Source: Anthoceros angustus (taxonomy: Eukaryota; Plantae; Anthocerotophyta). Taken from it: 64,000 bases of DNA. The notes under the pieces are model-generated. The model was not told the DNA's origin, did no database searches, and was given only the letters and a program-made list of their open reading frames with translations. Of this stretch, positions 49,401 to 63,049 are shown one piece after another. The stretch spans positions 246,564 through 310,563 of the forward strand of contig VJWM01000219.1 of the NCBI GenBank assembly GCA_010909165.1. The letters run 5' to 3'. Each line of letters opens with the position of its first letter. The stretch's first letter is position 1. Made by a program: the position numbers and the translations under genes.

Positions 49401-50035
49401 CTCTTCAATTCCTTCCCCTCCTCGAATAAGTCCATCCGCCTTGATTTGCAGACTACCTATTTGTCGTATACCTGGTCTCCTATCTCTCCCTTACCTACTA
49501 AGCTAGAAACTTACAAACAACTTTTTCGTATCCTCTCCAACTCTGGGAAACCAATGCTTCCTCTCTATCTCCGCACCCATGTGTCCTTCAAGCTTAGGAT
49601 GATTATGGGTCATCTTCGGGTGGGGTCCCACCATCTCAGGGTTGAGACTGATAGATGGCTACGTCCAAAGCCACCTAAGGAGACCCGAATATGCAGGTTA
49701 TGCAACAGGGATGTTGAGACTGAGGAACACTTCGTTTTCCTGTGTCCCATATATGAAGATATCAGACATACATTTATCAATCTATTTTTACTGACCACTG
49801 GGTTTTCAATTTTCGACCCTATTATTGCGGAGTTTGCTTGAAACAAATGTGGAAATGAGGACCAACCAACTTCAACTTCTCAACTTGCGGATATTTGATT
49901 ATGCCTCACAAGACTATTCTCCACTCATAATAGCAGTTAAATTTCATTCTAGTCTCTCTATATATGTCGGATCGGTCCATGACAAAATCCGTCCTTAGTG
50001 GACTTAAATAAAATTCTTCTTCTTCTTCTTCTTCT
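46487..50035 (+). mobile_element. Non-LTR retrotransposon (LINE; APE endonuclease + RT + C-terminal CCHC), frameshifted; RTE-X/L2-like
   Basis: EN: SWNCNG, LIFLTETH, GGVACF, CYFPP, GDFNA. RT: FVDFKRAFDSI, GVRQGDPSSPNLF, LLYADDIAL, VNLKKTKVM. C-terminus HHLRVETDRW..RICRLC..VETEEHFVFLCPIY. 3' end AATAAAA(TTC)n. Clade assignment is inference. Confidence 0.93.
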
Positions 50036-50109
50036 AGAGAGAGTTCTTTGCAAACTCTTCTTTCCCCTTTTCGGTCTCCAATTTTATGCATGCTAACAAC
50101 GCATAGAAC

Positions 50110-51715
50110 AACGACAATTTACTTTATTTAAGTCCACTGACTTGATTCGCCATGGCACTCATTTGATAGAGTTACACTAAGGGCATTATGACAATTAACC
50201 GCTATTCGAGTCTCGCTTGAAACTAGTCTTTGTGAAGCACAATCAAATATCCCAGTTGAAAAGTTGAATATGTTGCGTTCTTATTTCCCACATTTGTTTC
50301 AAGCAACCTCCGCAATAATAGGGTCGAAAAGAGAAAAACCCACCCCAAAGTGAAGACCAAGTCGTAAATAGATTGATAAACATCATGAATGGGACGGAGG
50401 AACACAAAGTGTTCTTCTCAACACCCTTGTTGCATAATGCAAATTGACTACCGGCTTTGGATGTAGCCATCTATCGCCTCAATCACGAGACCCAACACGA
50501 AGATGACCGTAATCATCCTCATTAGGCTTGAAAGACACATGGGTGCGAAGATAGAGAGGAAGCAGGTTTCCCGGACTTGGAAACGATGCGAAAAAGCTTG
50601 TAGGTCTTGACTTAGTGGGTAAGGGAGAGAGGAGACCGGTATAGGACAAATAGGTAGTCAACAACAAAAAGGTAGGCAAATAGGTAGTCAAATAGGTAGG
50701 CATAGCTCACCAAAACCAAATAAACCAAACCAAACCAAACCAAACCAAACTAAACCAAACCAAACCAAATAAACCAAACCAAACCAAACCAAACCAAACC
50801 AAACCAAACCAAACCAAACCAAACCAAACCCCCACCAAACCAAACCAAACCAAACCCCCACCACCACCCAGCACAACCACCTACTGGTCGCCTACATCTA
50901 TCCACGATCTGCCTCCGATCCAACTTCATTCCACCTCATCAATATATAGGCCAAACAAGTTTGAGAAGATGGATTCCATGGCGGACTACCATATTGCTAG
51001 GTAAATCCAAGAGGCATGCCATGAGGTAGTGCACAAAAGCAGCATGGCGGACTCCCATATTACAAGGTAAATCAAGAGGCATGCCACGAGGGGCACCGAT
51101 CTCCAAACGAAAACCTAATATTCCAGTTGAACAAAATCATACTTGGAAGTAATTGTCGTGCATGAAAAGGGCCACCATCCCCTGCGACCGCCCGCGAGAA
51201 AAGAGGGGCACCGTGACGTGCGAGGGGCCGCGGTGTGGAGGGTGGAAGCAATGTGTGAGGTATATGGCATGTGCAGGAGATGGAGCGTGGTGCGGTCATA
51301 CCAGGGCAACGACACCGGATCCCATCAGATGACTCGCGCTGCACTGGTAGGCCAAACAAGTTTGGAAGATGGATTCCATGGCGGACTACCATATTGCTAG
51401 GTAAATCCAAGAGGCATGCCATGAGGTAGTGCAGTCAAAAGCGGCATGGCGGACTCCCATATTAGGTAAATCAAGAGGCATGCCACGAGGGGCACCGATC
51501 TCCAAACGAAAACCTAATATTCCGATGAACAAAATCATACTTGGAAGTAATTGTCGTGCATGAAAAGGGCCACCATCCTGCGCCGAGAAAGAGGGGCACC
51601 GTGACGTGCGAGGGCGCGGTGGAGGTGGAAGCAATGTGAGGTATATGGCATGTGCAACGGAGAAGGGCGTGGTGCGGTCATGCAGGGCAACGACACCGGA
51701 TCCCATCCGGGCAGC
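50110..51715 (-). mobile_element. Deleted LINE derivative copy 2, with duplicated head and complete 3' end
   Basis: Same architecture; (CCAAA)n at ~50710-50855; head present twice (~51020-51330 and ~51340-51710); 3' motif GTGGACTTAAATAAA on the minus strand at 50123-50138. Confidence 0.8.
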
Positions 51716-51759
51716 CCACCCTTGCGCCGGGCTATGACACTCAAACGGACCTCCCCTCT

Positions 51760-54700
51760 TCGGCTGGCTGCGGCCTCCTTCTTGCCTAGCCACTTGACTC
51801 CTCGGCCTCGGCTCTAGACATAATACCGACCCCCCTCGGGAGTGCTTGCCGTCCCTTTCCGCTTTCGTCTCCGGCCTTTACACAGCCGTCTATCTTCTTT
51901 AGGCCTTATTTAGCTCGAGGCCTGCGAGGCAGACCAACCTCGGCGGCGGCGGGCTCAGCTCCACACATGGCGTTGTCGTGATAGCTCTATTCACAGCGGT
52001 GAGACCTGTGGCGGCGTTGCATGATGCGTTGAGAGAAAAGCCCACGGCCTCCCATAGGAGGAGGTTAGGCAAGGCCGTAGAGACTCGAAAATGGGTGCGA
52101 GTTCTGTCTTGGTTCTCTTTTCTTCGCTCTGCATACATAGTGGCCGCCTTTGGCGCCTTTCTTGCACCACCTACTTTCTCGAGGATATTATGCTTGAGAA
52201 CCCGTTTTGGACTCCATAGACTTCGATCGGGCTCTACATCTTCCAAGGAGCGAGGGGCAAGAATAAAATCGAGAGGTTGTTCAAATCCTTCCAAGTTGAT
52301 ATCAAAGTTGCGATCAGGCTTCAAAAGAAATGCCACGAACTTAAAGCGGAGTTCAATTTCAAGCAACATTTTGAAACAAAATTGGGCCCAACAACTCGAT
52401 TGTTGCACAAATGGGCGAAATTTCACATCGTGCGGATATTGTAGATCAACACCAAATTGCTTCCCTCAATAAGCAATTGCCTTCTTACCTTCAAAGGCCC
52501 CTCAATTAAAAGCAACCAACATCAATGATTGGACCAGAGAGTTTTCCACATTGACTCCCGTGGCCCTTCAAACAAGATATTATGCGCAAACTTCCAGAGT
52601 TAAATGTTTGGAGCTCAAATTCGTCAAGGAGAAGTGCATATGCAATGTCCATTTCAAAACTAATCAGATTGGCCAAAACAATTTTATGCGGAAGAAGTTG
52701 GCTGACTGTTGGTTCCTCCTCCTCAAGCGCGCCATCCTTGCCTTGAGAAGCCGTTGATCGCATTCTGAATCTCAAGCGGATCACGCTCCCTCAATCTTGA
52801 GTGGCGGGCTTGTCGAATTAACAGCGAAGTCATATCGATTCTTAGCCACGAAGCTCCATTTACGGGCATATCTTCCGAATGCTTGGGTGGTGGTAAGGAC
52901 CATGCTCGTCCTTGATCTTTCTTATAGTTTCCATTCTCTCGGGATAGGCTCCAAGTCTTGCGACTAATCTCAGGCCATATTTATAGGAGATGATTTAACC
53001 AAGCTTCGGTGAAGACCAAGCAAGCTTTGATCACGCTTGAGGAGGCTCTGGGAAGACTTTCTTCCATGGAGATCGGTGATTGTCAAAGAGCCCTCCGAGT
53101 TCAACGGCTCTTGGCCTTATGAAGTCACTGCTTTGTGCCCACCCAGGAATCATCAAGATGGCTGGAATTGTAATGGATCTTTATGGGCACAACCGGTGGT
53201 ATGCTCCACCTTCAGTGAGCCGACTTGATCTTCCTTACGGAAACTCCACACACGAAATCTTCCCACTTTTCCCAACTTCCATTCTTTTCTCTTTTGAATT
53301 ATGTTTCTTCCAAGACACCCAAAGCTGCGGGTGGTGTGGCTTGCTTTTCGATCTTCTCTCTCTTCATCAGCAGGAGGACTCCTTGGCGAGGTTTTGTGGA
53401 TCGAGGTCTCGGCAATGATTCTTCCATCTAAGTCATTTGTTCATAGCATGTTGCTATTTTCCACCTCGGTTCTCCCATGCAAAGGCCACCTCCTATGACA
53501 TTTGAAGACCTTTGAAGATCTCATGTTTCATGCCCCAAGGAGATATCCTCTTGGTTGGAGACTTCAATGCTTGGACCTCCTAGCAATCTCCAATATATGC
53601 CCTACCATCACAAAAAGTTATTCCCTTGATCTTGGCCTCGAGAAGGTCGATGATCCGCACAGTTAATCTTTTGGCACTTCTCAACCTCGTGGAGTCACAC
53701 ACAACTTATTCATCTACAATGGACTTCCTCAATGGCCTGGGAGTGAGAGGATCACACACTATGCTCCATCAGGTCAACTTCCTGCTGTTTTGGATTACGT
53801 CATTGGACAAGCTTCCTTTCAGTCTTCTATTCACCAATTGCAGGTCTCTGACTTCAAACCTCTTGAGTGTGATCATGCCTTTCTTTCTTGGCATATCTCT
53901 TATGACAAACCGATGTCGCTCAATCCCACAAGTCTTCTAGAGTCGCTTTTCCCTCAATAAGCAATTGCCTTCTTACCTTCAAAGGCCCCTCAATTAAAAG
54001 CAACCAACATCAATGATTGGACCAGAGAGTTTTCCACATTGACTCCCGTGGCCCTTCAAACAAGATATTATGCGCAAACTTCCAGAGTTAAATGTTTGGA
54101 GCTCAAATTCGTCAAGGAGAAGTGCATATGCAATGTCCATTTCAAAACTAATCAGATTGGCCAAAACAATTTTATGCGGAAGAAGTTGGCTGACTGTTGG
54201 TTCCTCCTCCTCAAGCGCGCCATCCTTGCCTTGAGAAGCCGTTGATCGCATTCTGAATCTCAAGCGGATCACGCTCCCTCAATCTTGAGTGGCGGGCTTG
54301 TCGAATTAACAGCGAAGTCATATCGATTCTTAGCCACGAAGCTCCATTTACGGGCATATCTTCCGAATGCTTGGGTGGTGGTAAGGACCATGCTCGTCCT
54401 TGATCTTTCTTATAGTTTCCATTCTCTCGGGATAGGCTCCAAGTCTTGCGACTAATCTCAGGCCATATTTATAGGAGATGATTTAACCAAGCTTCGGTGA
54501 AGACCAAGCAAGCTTTGATCACGCTTGAGGAGGCTCTGGGAAGACTTTCTTCCATGGAGATCGGTGATTGTCAAAGAGCCCTCCGAGTTCAACGGCTCTT
54601 GGCCTTATGAAGTCACTGCTTTGTGCCCACCCAGGAATCATCAAGATGGCTTCTGGAATTGTAATGGATCTTTATGGGCACAACGGTGGATTACTCCAAA

Positions 54701-57700
54701 GGAACCGACTTGATCTTCCTTACGGAAACTCACGAACACCGGGCTAAATCCCACCCCAACTTCCTTCTTCTCTTTTGAATTATGTCTCTTCAACAAGGCT
54801 GCAATGGCGTGGCGATCTTCTCTCTCTTCATCATTGTCGCTGAGGACTCCTTGGCGAGGTCTTATGGATCAAGGTTACCATCCTTCCATCTAAGTCATTT
54901 GTTCATAGCATCGCTTTCCACCTCGGGTTCTCCGCTAAGAATATCTCTTTACGTTTCAAGACCTCTGAGATCTCATGTTTCATGCCCCAAGGAGATATCC
55001 TCTTGGTTGGAGACTTCAATGCTTGGACCTCAACAATCTCCTCGTCACCCGGTTTGATGATGAATGCAAAGCATATCCTTCCTCACAAGTGCCTCCGTGC
55101 TCTCAATGGCACAGGCGAGGATCACCCACTTTGCGCCTTGGTCAACTTCCTGCTTTATTCTTGATTACGTTCTAGGAGCCCTTTCTCTTGGGCATCAATT
55201 TTATGTTTCTAACTTCAAGCCTCTGAGTCACCATGCCTTCTTGTCTTGGCACATCTCGTGTCATAAGATAAACCATTCTACAATACCACAAGTCTCCAGA
55301 GCCCAATTCAACCAATCTCCTCTCTTTTGAAAAGATCCTTGGTATTCCTCCGTCTCTTCCTTCACCCCCAAACACGCTTTCACTTGCCATCTTCTTGTGC
55401 ATCAAATCTTCCCTCCTAAACCTTGTCACCGTCAAGCTTTCCAACCGCTCCGTATTGGTTTGATGGCATGCAAACCCATACTCACAACTACCTTGAGCTC
55501 TCAAGGTTCCATCCAAGTCTCATCATTCCAACAAAATTGTCAAGCCTTATAAGGCTCTTATTGCTCAAAAGTGCATTCTTCTCCTCCAGTGATCGCCTCT
55601 TGAGGCTTCTCAGGAATCCTGGTGGTGCTTTTTGGAGGAGTTTCATTCCCATCAACTATCCAATGCGTCTCAGCTTATCAATATGTCCAAACTCTTCTTC
55701 CGAATGTCCTCCTCGATTAGTCTCAAGATCACAGGATCAAGATGGCTGGAATTGTAATGGATCTTTATGGGCACAAGGTGGATTGCTCCGGCTTTTAGCG
55801 ACTTGATCTTCCTTACGGAAACTCACGACACGTAGACACCTCCCACCTTTCTTCCATTCTTTTCTCTTTTGAATTATGTCTCTTCAGGCACTGCGGTGGC
55901 GTCGCTTGTTTTTAGATCTTCTCTCTCTGATTTCATCAGTCGCTAGGAGGACTCCTTGGAGGGTCTTATGGATCAAGGTTTGCAACCATCCTTCCATCTA
56001 AGTCATTTGTTCATAGCATCTGCTACTTTCCACCTCGGGTTCTCATGCTAGGCCAACCTCTCTTGTCAAGACCTCAAGATCTCATGTTTCATGCCCCAAG
56101 GAGATATCCTCTTGGTTGGAGACTTCAATGCTTGGACCTCCTCGACAATCTCCTATCTCACGGATGATCGACATCAACTATTCGCTTGAGTGAGACTGGC
56201 TTGCAGAGAAGGTCGATGATCCGCACAGTTAATCTTTTCGGCGGGGCACTTCTCAACCTCGTGGAGTCATGGATTATTTAGCGGACTCTCTCAATGGCAC
56301 AGGCGAGGATCACCCACTTTGCGCCTTGGTCAACTTCCTGCTTTATTCTTGATTACGTTCTAGGAGCCCTTTCTCTTGGGCATCAATTTTATGTTTCTAA
56401 CTTCAAGCCTCTGAGTCACCATGCCTTCTTGTCTTGGCACATCTCGTGTCATAAGATAAACCATTCTACAATACCACAAGTCTCCAGAGCCCAATTCAAC
56501 CAATCTCCTCTCTTTTGAAAAGATCCTTGGTATTCCTCCGTCTCTTCCTTCACCCCCAAACACGCTTTCACTTGCCATCTTCTTGTGCATCAAATCTTCC
56601 CTCCTAAACCTTGTCACCGTCAAGCTTTCCAACCGCTCCGTATTGGTTTGATGGCATGCAAACCCATACTCACAACTACCTTGAGCTCTCAAGGTTCCAT
56701 CCAAGTCTCATCATTCCCATACAAAATTGTCAACCACAAAGCCCTTTCTTCAAAAATGCTTTCTTTTCCTCCCACGTGATCGTCTTGTCAAGCTCCAAGG
56801 AATCCACCTTTTGGAGGGTTTTCATTCCCATCAACTATCCAAGCACTCAGCTTATCAATATGTCCAAACTCTTTCTTTGAATCTATCCTCGATTAGGACC
56901 ATGGATCCAAAGCTTTTCACTCGACCATCCTTACCGCCATCAATAACCTTAGATCTGGTAGAGCCCGACCACGAAGACATTCACACTTTTCTGTATGAAG
57001 TCCTATGGTGATTGCTCTTGTGATTCAGCGAGCTTTGGTCCATGGATTTCGATGGTGGTGGAATGACATCCATTCCATCTTCAAGACAGTGATCCACAGC
57101 TCGCCCAATTCTGTATATCATGGTTGAGTCCATTTTGCCAAGATCTTTAGCTCTTGGAAATTCTCACTACTTCTTGGGCGAGAATGTTGGATCGAGCACA
57201 GGCCAGTGGGTTTCGTCCGAGCGGAATACTCGGGATAATCTCTTCACTCTCATTGCTATTATCCAGGAGGCCAAGAGGGATAACAAACATGTTTATGTAT
57301 GTTTTGTTGACTTCAAAAGCTTTCGACTCCATCTCCGAGAAGCTCTTTGCGGTTCATAGGTTGGGGATGCTGCTCATCTTTTACATGCCATAGGGTTCTC
57401 TATGAAAAGGTGAAGGCAAGATCCGCCTCCTATCTTGCTTTTGACCTTTTGGATTTGCTTTGCAACATGGGAGTCGCGAGAGATCCATCTTCTCCCAACC
57501 TATTTGGCCTATACATTGATGAGCTGGAATCTTGGATTGGTCAGGGATCCTGGTGCCTCCTCTCCTTGGTATATATAGCTATTCTCTTGTATGCATGACA
57601 TTGCTCTTTTGTCCCATTCTCGAGGGCCTCCAACAACTAGACACATTGTCCACGCTTCTGTGCAAGAGATTTGGAAGTGAACTTGAAGAAGACCAAGGTC

Positions 57701-60495
57701 ATGTTTTTCAACCGGATCATCGTTGACAATTTGAAGTTCTTCTACATGGTGAACCATGGAGGTTGTTCGATCTTATGTCTACCTAGGTGGCACTCTCTAT
57801 GAACACTCCAATGGAAGCTCTGCCTCTGCTCGCATTGTCAAGGGTGTGGCATGCATGTGGGGTTCGGAGGCGGTGCTCTACATGCACATCAAGGACATCC
57901 CCGCAATGGCTCTTCAACTTGTTGTTCCTTGACTATGTATGCGGAGTTTTGGGGACCTCTCCTCGGCGTAGTGCAGGTGGAGGAGGTTCAAATCCTTCTT
58001 GACCCACATTGCATGTAAGTCATCCCCACCATCTTTCTTGCGAGTTTGCCACTTTTCCCTTGAACTTGAGGTCTATTTCTAACCAACTTCCTATACCGCC
58101 TTTACTCTAGAAGAAGCCCATTCTAACCACCCCACCTCCACTCCCTCATACCTCCTTCTTGCATTCCAATCATCCGAAGTTAGCCTCCTCGGAAACAAGA
58201 CACTTGGTATGCTCGTCTTCTTCTGGCTGGAAGTTTGGATTACATCCAGAGTCTTCCGCCCACCCACCCCCAATTCCTTCCCCTCCTCGAATAAGTCCAT
58301 CCGCCTTGAGCGACTACCTATTTGTCTTATACGGTCTCCTATCTCTCCCTTACCCACTAAGCTAGAAACTTACAAACAACTTTTTATCCTCTCCAACTCG
58401 AAACCAATGCTTCCTCTCTATCTCCGCACCATGTGTCCTTCAAGCTTAGGATGATTATGGGTCATCTTGGGTGGGGTCCCACCATCTCGGGGTTGAGGAG
58501 GCGATAGATGGCTCGTCAAAGCCACCTAAGGAGACCCGAATGCGGGTTATGCAACAGGATGTTGAGGGAGAACACTTTGTTTTCCTATGTCCCATATATG
58601 AAGATATCGGGCATACATTTATCAATCTATTTACAGATCTTCACTCGGGGTTTTCAATTTTCCGACCCTATTATTGCGAGTTTGCTTGAAACAAATGTGG
58701 AAATGAGGACCAACCAATTCAACTTCTCAACCTCGTGGAGTCATGGATTATTTAGCGGACTCTCTCAATGGCACAGGCGAGGATCACCCACTTTGCGCCT
58801 TGGTCAACTTCCTGCTTTATTCTTGATTACGTTCTAGGAGCCCTTTCTCTTGGGCATCAATTTTATGCATGCTAACAACTCCATAGAACGACAATTTACT
58901 TTATTTAAGTCCACTAAGGACTTCGTCATGGCACTCATTTGATAGAGTTACACTAAGGGCATTATGACAATTCGCTATTATCACCCTTCTGAAGCACAAT
59001 CAAATATCCGCAGTTGAAAAGTTGAATATGTTGCGTTCTTATTTCCCACATTTGTTTCAAGCAACCTCCGCAATAATAGGGTGAAAAAACCCACCCCAAG
59101 AGATTTGGAGGTCAATCTCAGAAGACTAAGGTCATGTTCTTCAGCAGAGGGATCCTGCAACACAATCTCAAGTTCTATAACGGTGAACTTGTTCGATCTT
59201 ATGTCTACAGGTGGAACTCTATGGCGACACTTGATGGAAGCTCTGCCTCCCCTCGCATTCTCAAGGGTGTGGCATGCTGTGGGGTTGAAGGCGGTGCTCT
59301 CGGATGCACATCAAGGACATCCCACTAATGGTTATTCAACACGGTGTGTTCCTTGCCTATGTATGCTTGAGTTTTGGGGACCTATCTCTCTCCCGATTGG
59401 TGCAAGGTGGAGGAGGTTGCATCCTTTCTTGAGTCCCACATTGCGTGCAAAGTCATCCCCTTCCATCTTCTTGCGAGTTTGCCACATTCCCTTGAGTGGA
59501 TGGTCTATTTCGACCTTCTTCTACCTCTCATTAGAAGCCATTCGATCACCTCCCTCCCTCATACCTCCTTCTTGCTTCATCCTCCAGTTAGCCTCAGATA
59601 AGACTTGTTGGTATGCCTCCTCATCTTCTTCATGGTGGAAATTTGGTTTTGTCCAGAGTCTTCCCATCCTTTTCTTCTTGCCACCTCCTCCAAATAAGTC
59701 CATCCGCCTTGATTTGCGGACTACATACTTGTCTAACTTGGTCTCCTCTCTCCCTTACCCAAGCACTTAAATTCGTGTTTTATCCAATTAAACCATGCTC
59801 CTCTTTACCTTCGCACCCTGTCTTTCAAACTAAGGATGATTATGGGTCATCTTGGGTGGGGTCCCACCATCTCGGGGTTGAGGAGGCGATAGATGGCTCG
59901 TCCAAAGCCACCTAAGGAGACCCGAATGCGGGTTATGCAACAGGATGTTGAGGGAGAACACTTTGTTTTCCTATGTCCCATATATGAAGATATTAAATTT
60001 ATCCCTCTATTTACAGATCTTCACTCGGGGTTTTCAATTTTCCGACCCTATTATTGCGAGTTTGCTTGAAACAAATGTGGGAAAGCGGACCAACCAACAA
60101 AGTTCAACTCGACTTACATAATGCCTCACTATTCTCGCTTGAGGCTTAAATTTCAATATCTTTTTTGTATGTCCAATCGTCCATGGCGAAATCCGTCCTT
60201 AGTGGACTTAAATAAAATTCTTCTTCTTCTTCTTCCATGAACTCCAGCTTAGCGCCCTTGGGCGGATCGATCTTGGGATGGGTGACCTCCGGAAGTCTCT
60301 TGCTCCCTTTTTCTATAAAATTCCTTTTATTTTAAACTATTACCATACGCAATTTTCATCATTCTCATTCTATTAGATCCTCTATGGTCATAATAGCAGT
60401 TAAATTTCATTCTAGTCTCTCTATATATGTGTCGGATCATGCGGAAATCCGTCCTTAGTGGACTTAAATAAAATTCTTCTTCTTCTTCTTCTTCT
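51760..60495 (+). mobile_element. Mosaic of several further copies of the same LINE (ORF1, EN, RT and 3' ends), indel-rich
   Basis: EN starts (GGAATTGTAATGGATCTTTATGGGCACAA) at ~53163, ~54655 and ~55748; RT block at 57050-58050 and RT tail at 59100-59400; CCHC block at ~58530 and ~59925; (TTC)n tails at ~60220 and ~60480. Confidence 0.9.
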
Positions 60496-60584
60496 AGAGA
60501 GAGTTCTTTGCAAACTCTTCTTTCCCCTTTTTAGGTCTCCAATTTTATGCATGCTAACAACGCATAGAACAACGACAATTTACT

Positions 60585-61765
60585 TTATTTAAGTCCACTA
60601 AGGACTTCGTCATGGCACTCATTTGATAGAGTTACACTAAGGGCATTATGACAATTAACCGCTATTCGAGTCTCGCTTGAAACTAGTCGTGAAGCACAAT
60701 CAAATATCCTGGCAGTTGAAAAGTTGAATATGTTGCGTTCTTATTTCCACATTTGTTTCAACCTCCGCAATAATAGGGTGAAAAACCCACCCCAAAGTGA
60801 AGACCAAGTCAGAATAGATTGATAAACATCATGAATGGGACGGAGGAACACAAAGTGTTCTTGATCTCAACACCCTTTTTTATAAGTAACTCCTTTTCGG
60901 CTTTGGATGTAGCCATCTCAATCGAGACAGACCCAACACGAAGATGACCCGTAATCATCCTCATTAGGCTTGAAAGACACATGGGTGCGAAGATAGAGGA
61001 AGCTTCCCGGACTTGGGCGATGCGCTTGTTTTGTCTCTTGACTTAGTGGGTAAGGGAGAGAGGAGACCGTATAGGACAAATAGGTAGTCAACAACAAAAG
61101 GTAGGCAAATGGGTAGTCAAATAGGTGGGCATAGCTCAAACCAAACCAAACCAAATAAACCAAACCAAACAAACCAAACCAAAAAACCAAAAAAAAAAAA
61201 AAAAAAAACCAAACCAAAAAAAACCAAACCAAATAAACCAAACCAAACCAAACCAAAAAAAAAAAAAAAAAAACCAAACCAAACCAAACCAAACCAAATA
61301 AACCAAACCAAATAAACCTGGTAAACCTTTCTCTTTATGCCAAGTGCCATGATACATCATACGATCGCACTCATGATCCAACTTCATTCCACCTCATCAT
61401 ATATAGGCCAAACAAGTTTGAGAAGATGGATTCCATGGCGGCTACCATATTGCTAGGTAAATCCAAGAGGCATGCCATGAGGTAGTGCAGTCAAAAGCAG
61501 CATGGCGGACTCCCATATTACAAGGTAATCAAGAGGCATGCCACGAGGGGCACCCCGATCTCCAAACGAAAACCTAATATTCCGTGAACAAAATCATACT
61601 TGGAAGTAATTGTCGTGCATGAAAAGGGCCACCATCCCTCGCGCGCGAGAAAAGAGGGGCACCGTGACGTGCGAGGCGCGCGTGTGGAGGTGGAAGCAAT
61701 GTGGTATATGGCATGTGCAGAAGGAGCGTGGTGCGGTCATACCGCAACGACACCGGATCCCATCC
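60585..61765 (-). mobile_element. Deleted LINE derivative copy 3
   Basis: Same architecture; (CCAAA)n with expanded A-runs at ~61137-61318; minus-strand 3' motif at ~60585-60605. Confidence 0.8.
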
Positions 61766-62084
61766 GGCGCCCGGCCGCCCTTTTGCGGTCGACATCGGAG
61801 AGGATCCTCCGGAAGCGTGCTGCCTCATCTTTAATCATTAGCCGCAGGCGCTTTATTCTCCGACCTGGCTAAAGTTCACTCGCCAGAGACCCGGGCGGCG
61901 CCCTCCCATGCTTCAAACTCCGCTTTCGGCAACTCCCCTCCGTCTTTTTTACCACTCACTCGGCCGGCGGCCGGAGCCTTTGGTCCTAAATAGCTCATCT
62001 AGACAACTGGCCAGGCCGGGCTCGAGCCTCCACCCAGCATCCTCCCAGGTCCGCAGTCAGTGATTCAAAAGGCGGTGAGACCCA

Positions 62085-62890
62085 AGATGACCCGTAATCA
62101 TCCTCATTAGGCTTGAAAGACACATGGGTGCGAAGATAGGAAGCAGGTTTCCCAGACTTGGAAACGATCGAAAAAGCTTGTAGGTCTTGACAGTGGGTGA
62201 GAGAGGAGACCGTATAGGACAAATAGGTAGTCAACAACAAAAAGGTAGGCAAATAGGTAGTCAAATAGGTGGCATAGCTCACAAACCAAACCAAACCAAA
62301 CCAAACCAAACCAAACCAAACCAAACCAAACCAAACCAAACCAACAAACCAAACCAAACCAAACCAAACTCAAACCAAACCAAACCAAACAAACCAAACC
62401 AAACCAAACCAAACAAACCAAACCAAACAAACCAAACCAAACCAAACCAAACCAACCAAACCAAACAAACCAAACCAAACCCCAAACCCCTTTTTTTGGC
62501 ACTCACATACCTCCACTTTCTTCCATGACAATGATCTCCCACATCACCACATCTCGCACATCCATCCAACTTCATTCCACCTCATCAATATATAGGCCAA
62601 ACAAGTTTGGAAGATGGATTCCATGGCACTACCATATTGCTAGGTAAATCCAAGAGGCATGCCATGGTAGTGCGTCAAAAGCGCATGGACTCCCATATTA
62701 CAAGGTAAATCAAGAGGCATGCCACGAGGCACGCTGATCTCCGAAAACCTAATATTCCGGTGAACAAAATCATACTTGGAAGTAATTGTCGTGCATGAAA
62801 AGGGCCACCATCCTCCGCCGCGCGAGAAAAGAGGGGCACCGTGACGTGCGAGGGCGCGCGTGTGGAGGGTGGAAGCAATGTGTGAGGTAT
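62085..62890 (-). mobile_element. Deleted LINE derivative copy 4
   Basis: Same architecture; (CCAAA)n at ~62283-62485. Confidence 0.8.
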
Positions 62891-63049
62891 ATGCAAAGAA
62901 AGATCTTCTCCGAATTGAAATGGAGGTAAATGACTAATTACTTTTACTTTTGTTTGTAGTTATCGGAGAATCAAAACGAGTTGTTTTCACTCTTTGAGGT
63001 GAGTACTAAAGTTAAAAATAGATAAGTTTTATATATGAAGATATTAGGA

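Noticed and set aside
51899-52784. Minus-strand ORFs of 175 and 92 aa as a separate gene
   Set aside because: They are antisense to the frameshifted LINE ORF1 region, which leads directly into the DDLTK motif and ORF2 on the plus strand.
60918-62575. ORFs rich in WFGLV or QTKPN that look like membrane or repeat proteins (also 45724-45960 and 50688-50876)
   Set aside because: They are translations of the (TTTGG)n/(CCAAA)n microsatellite.
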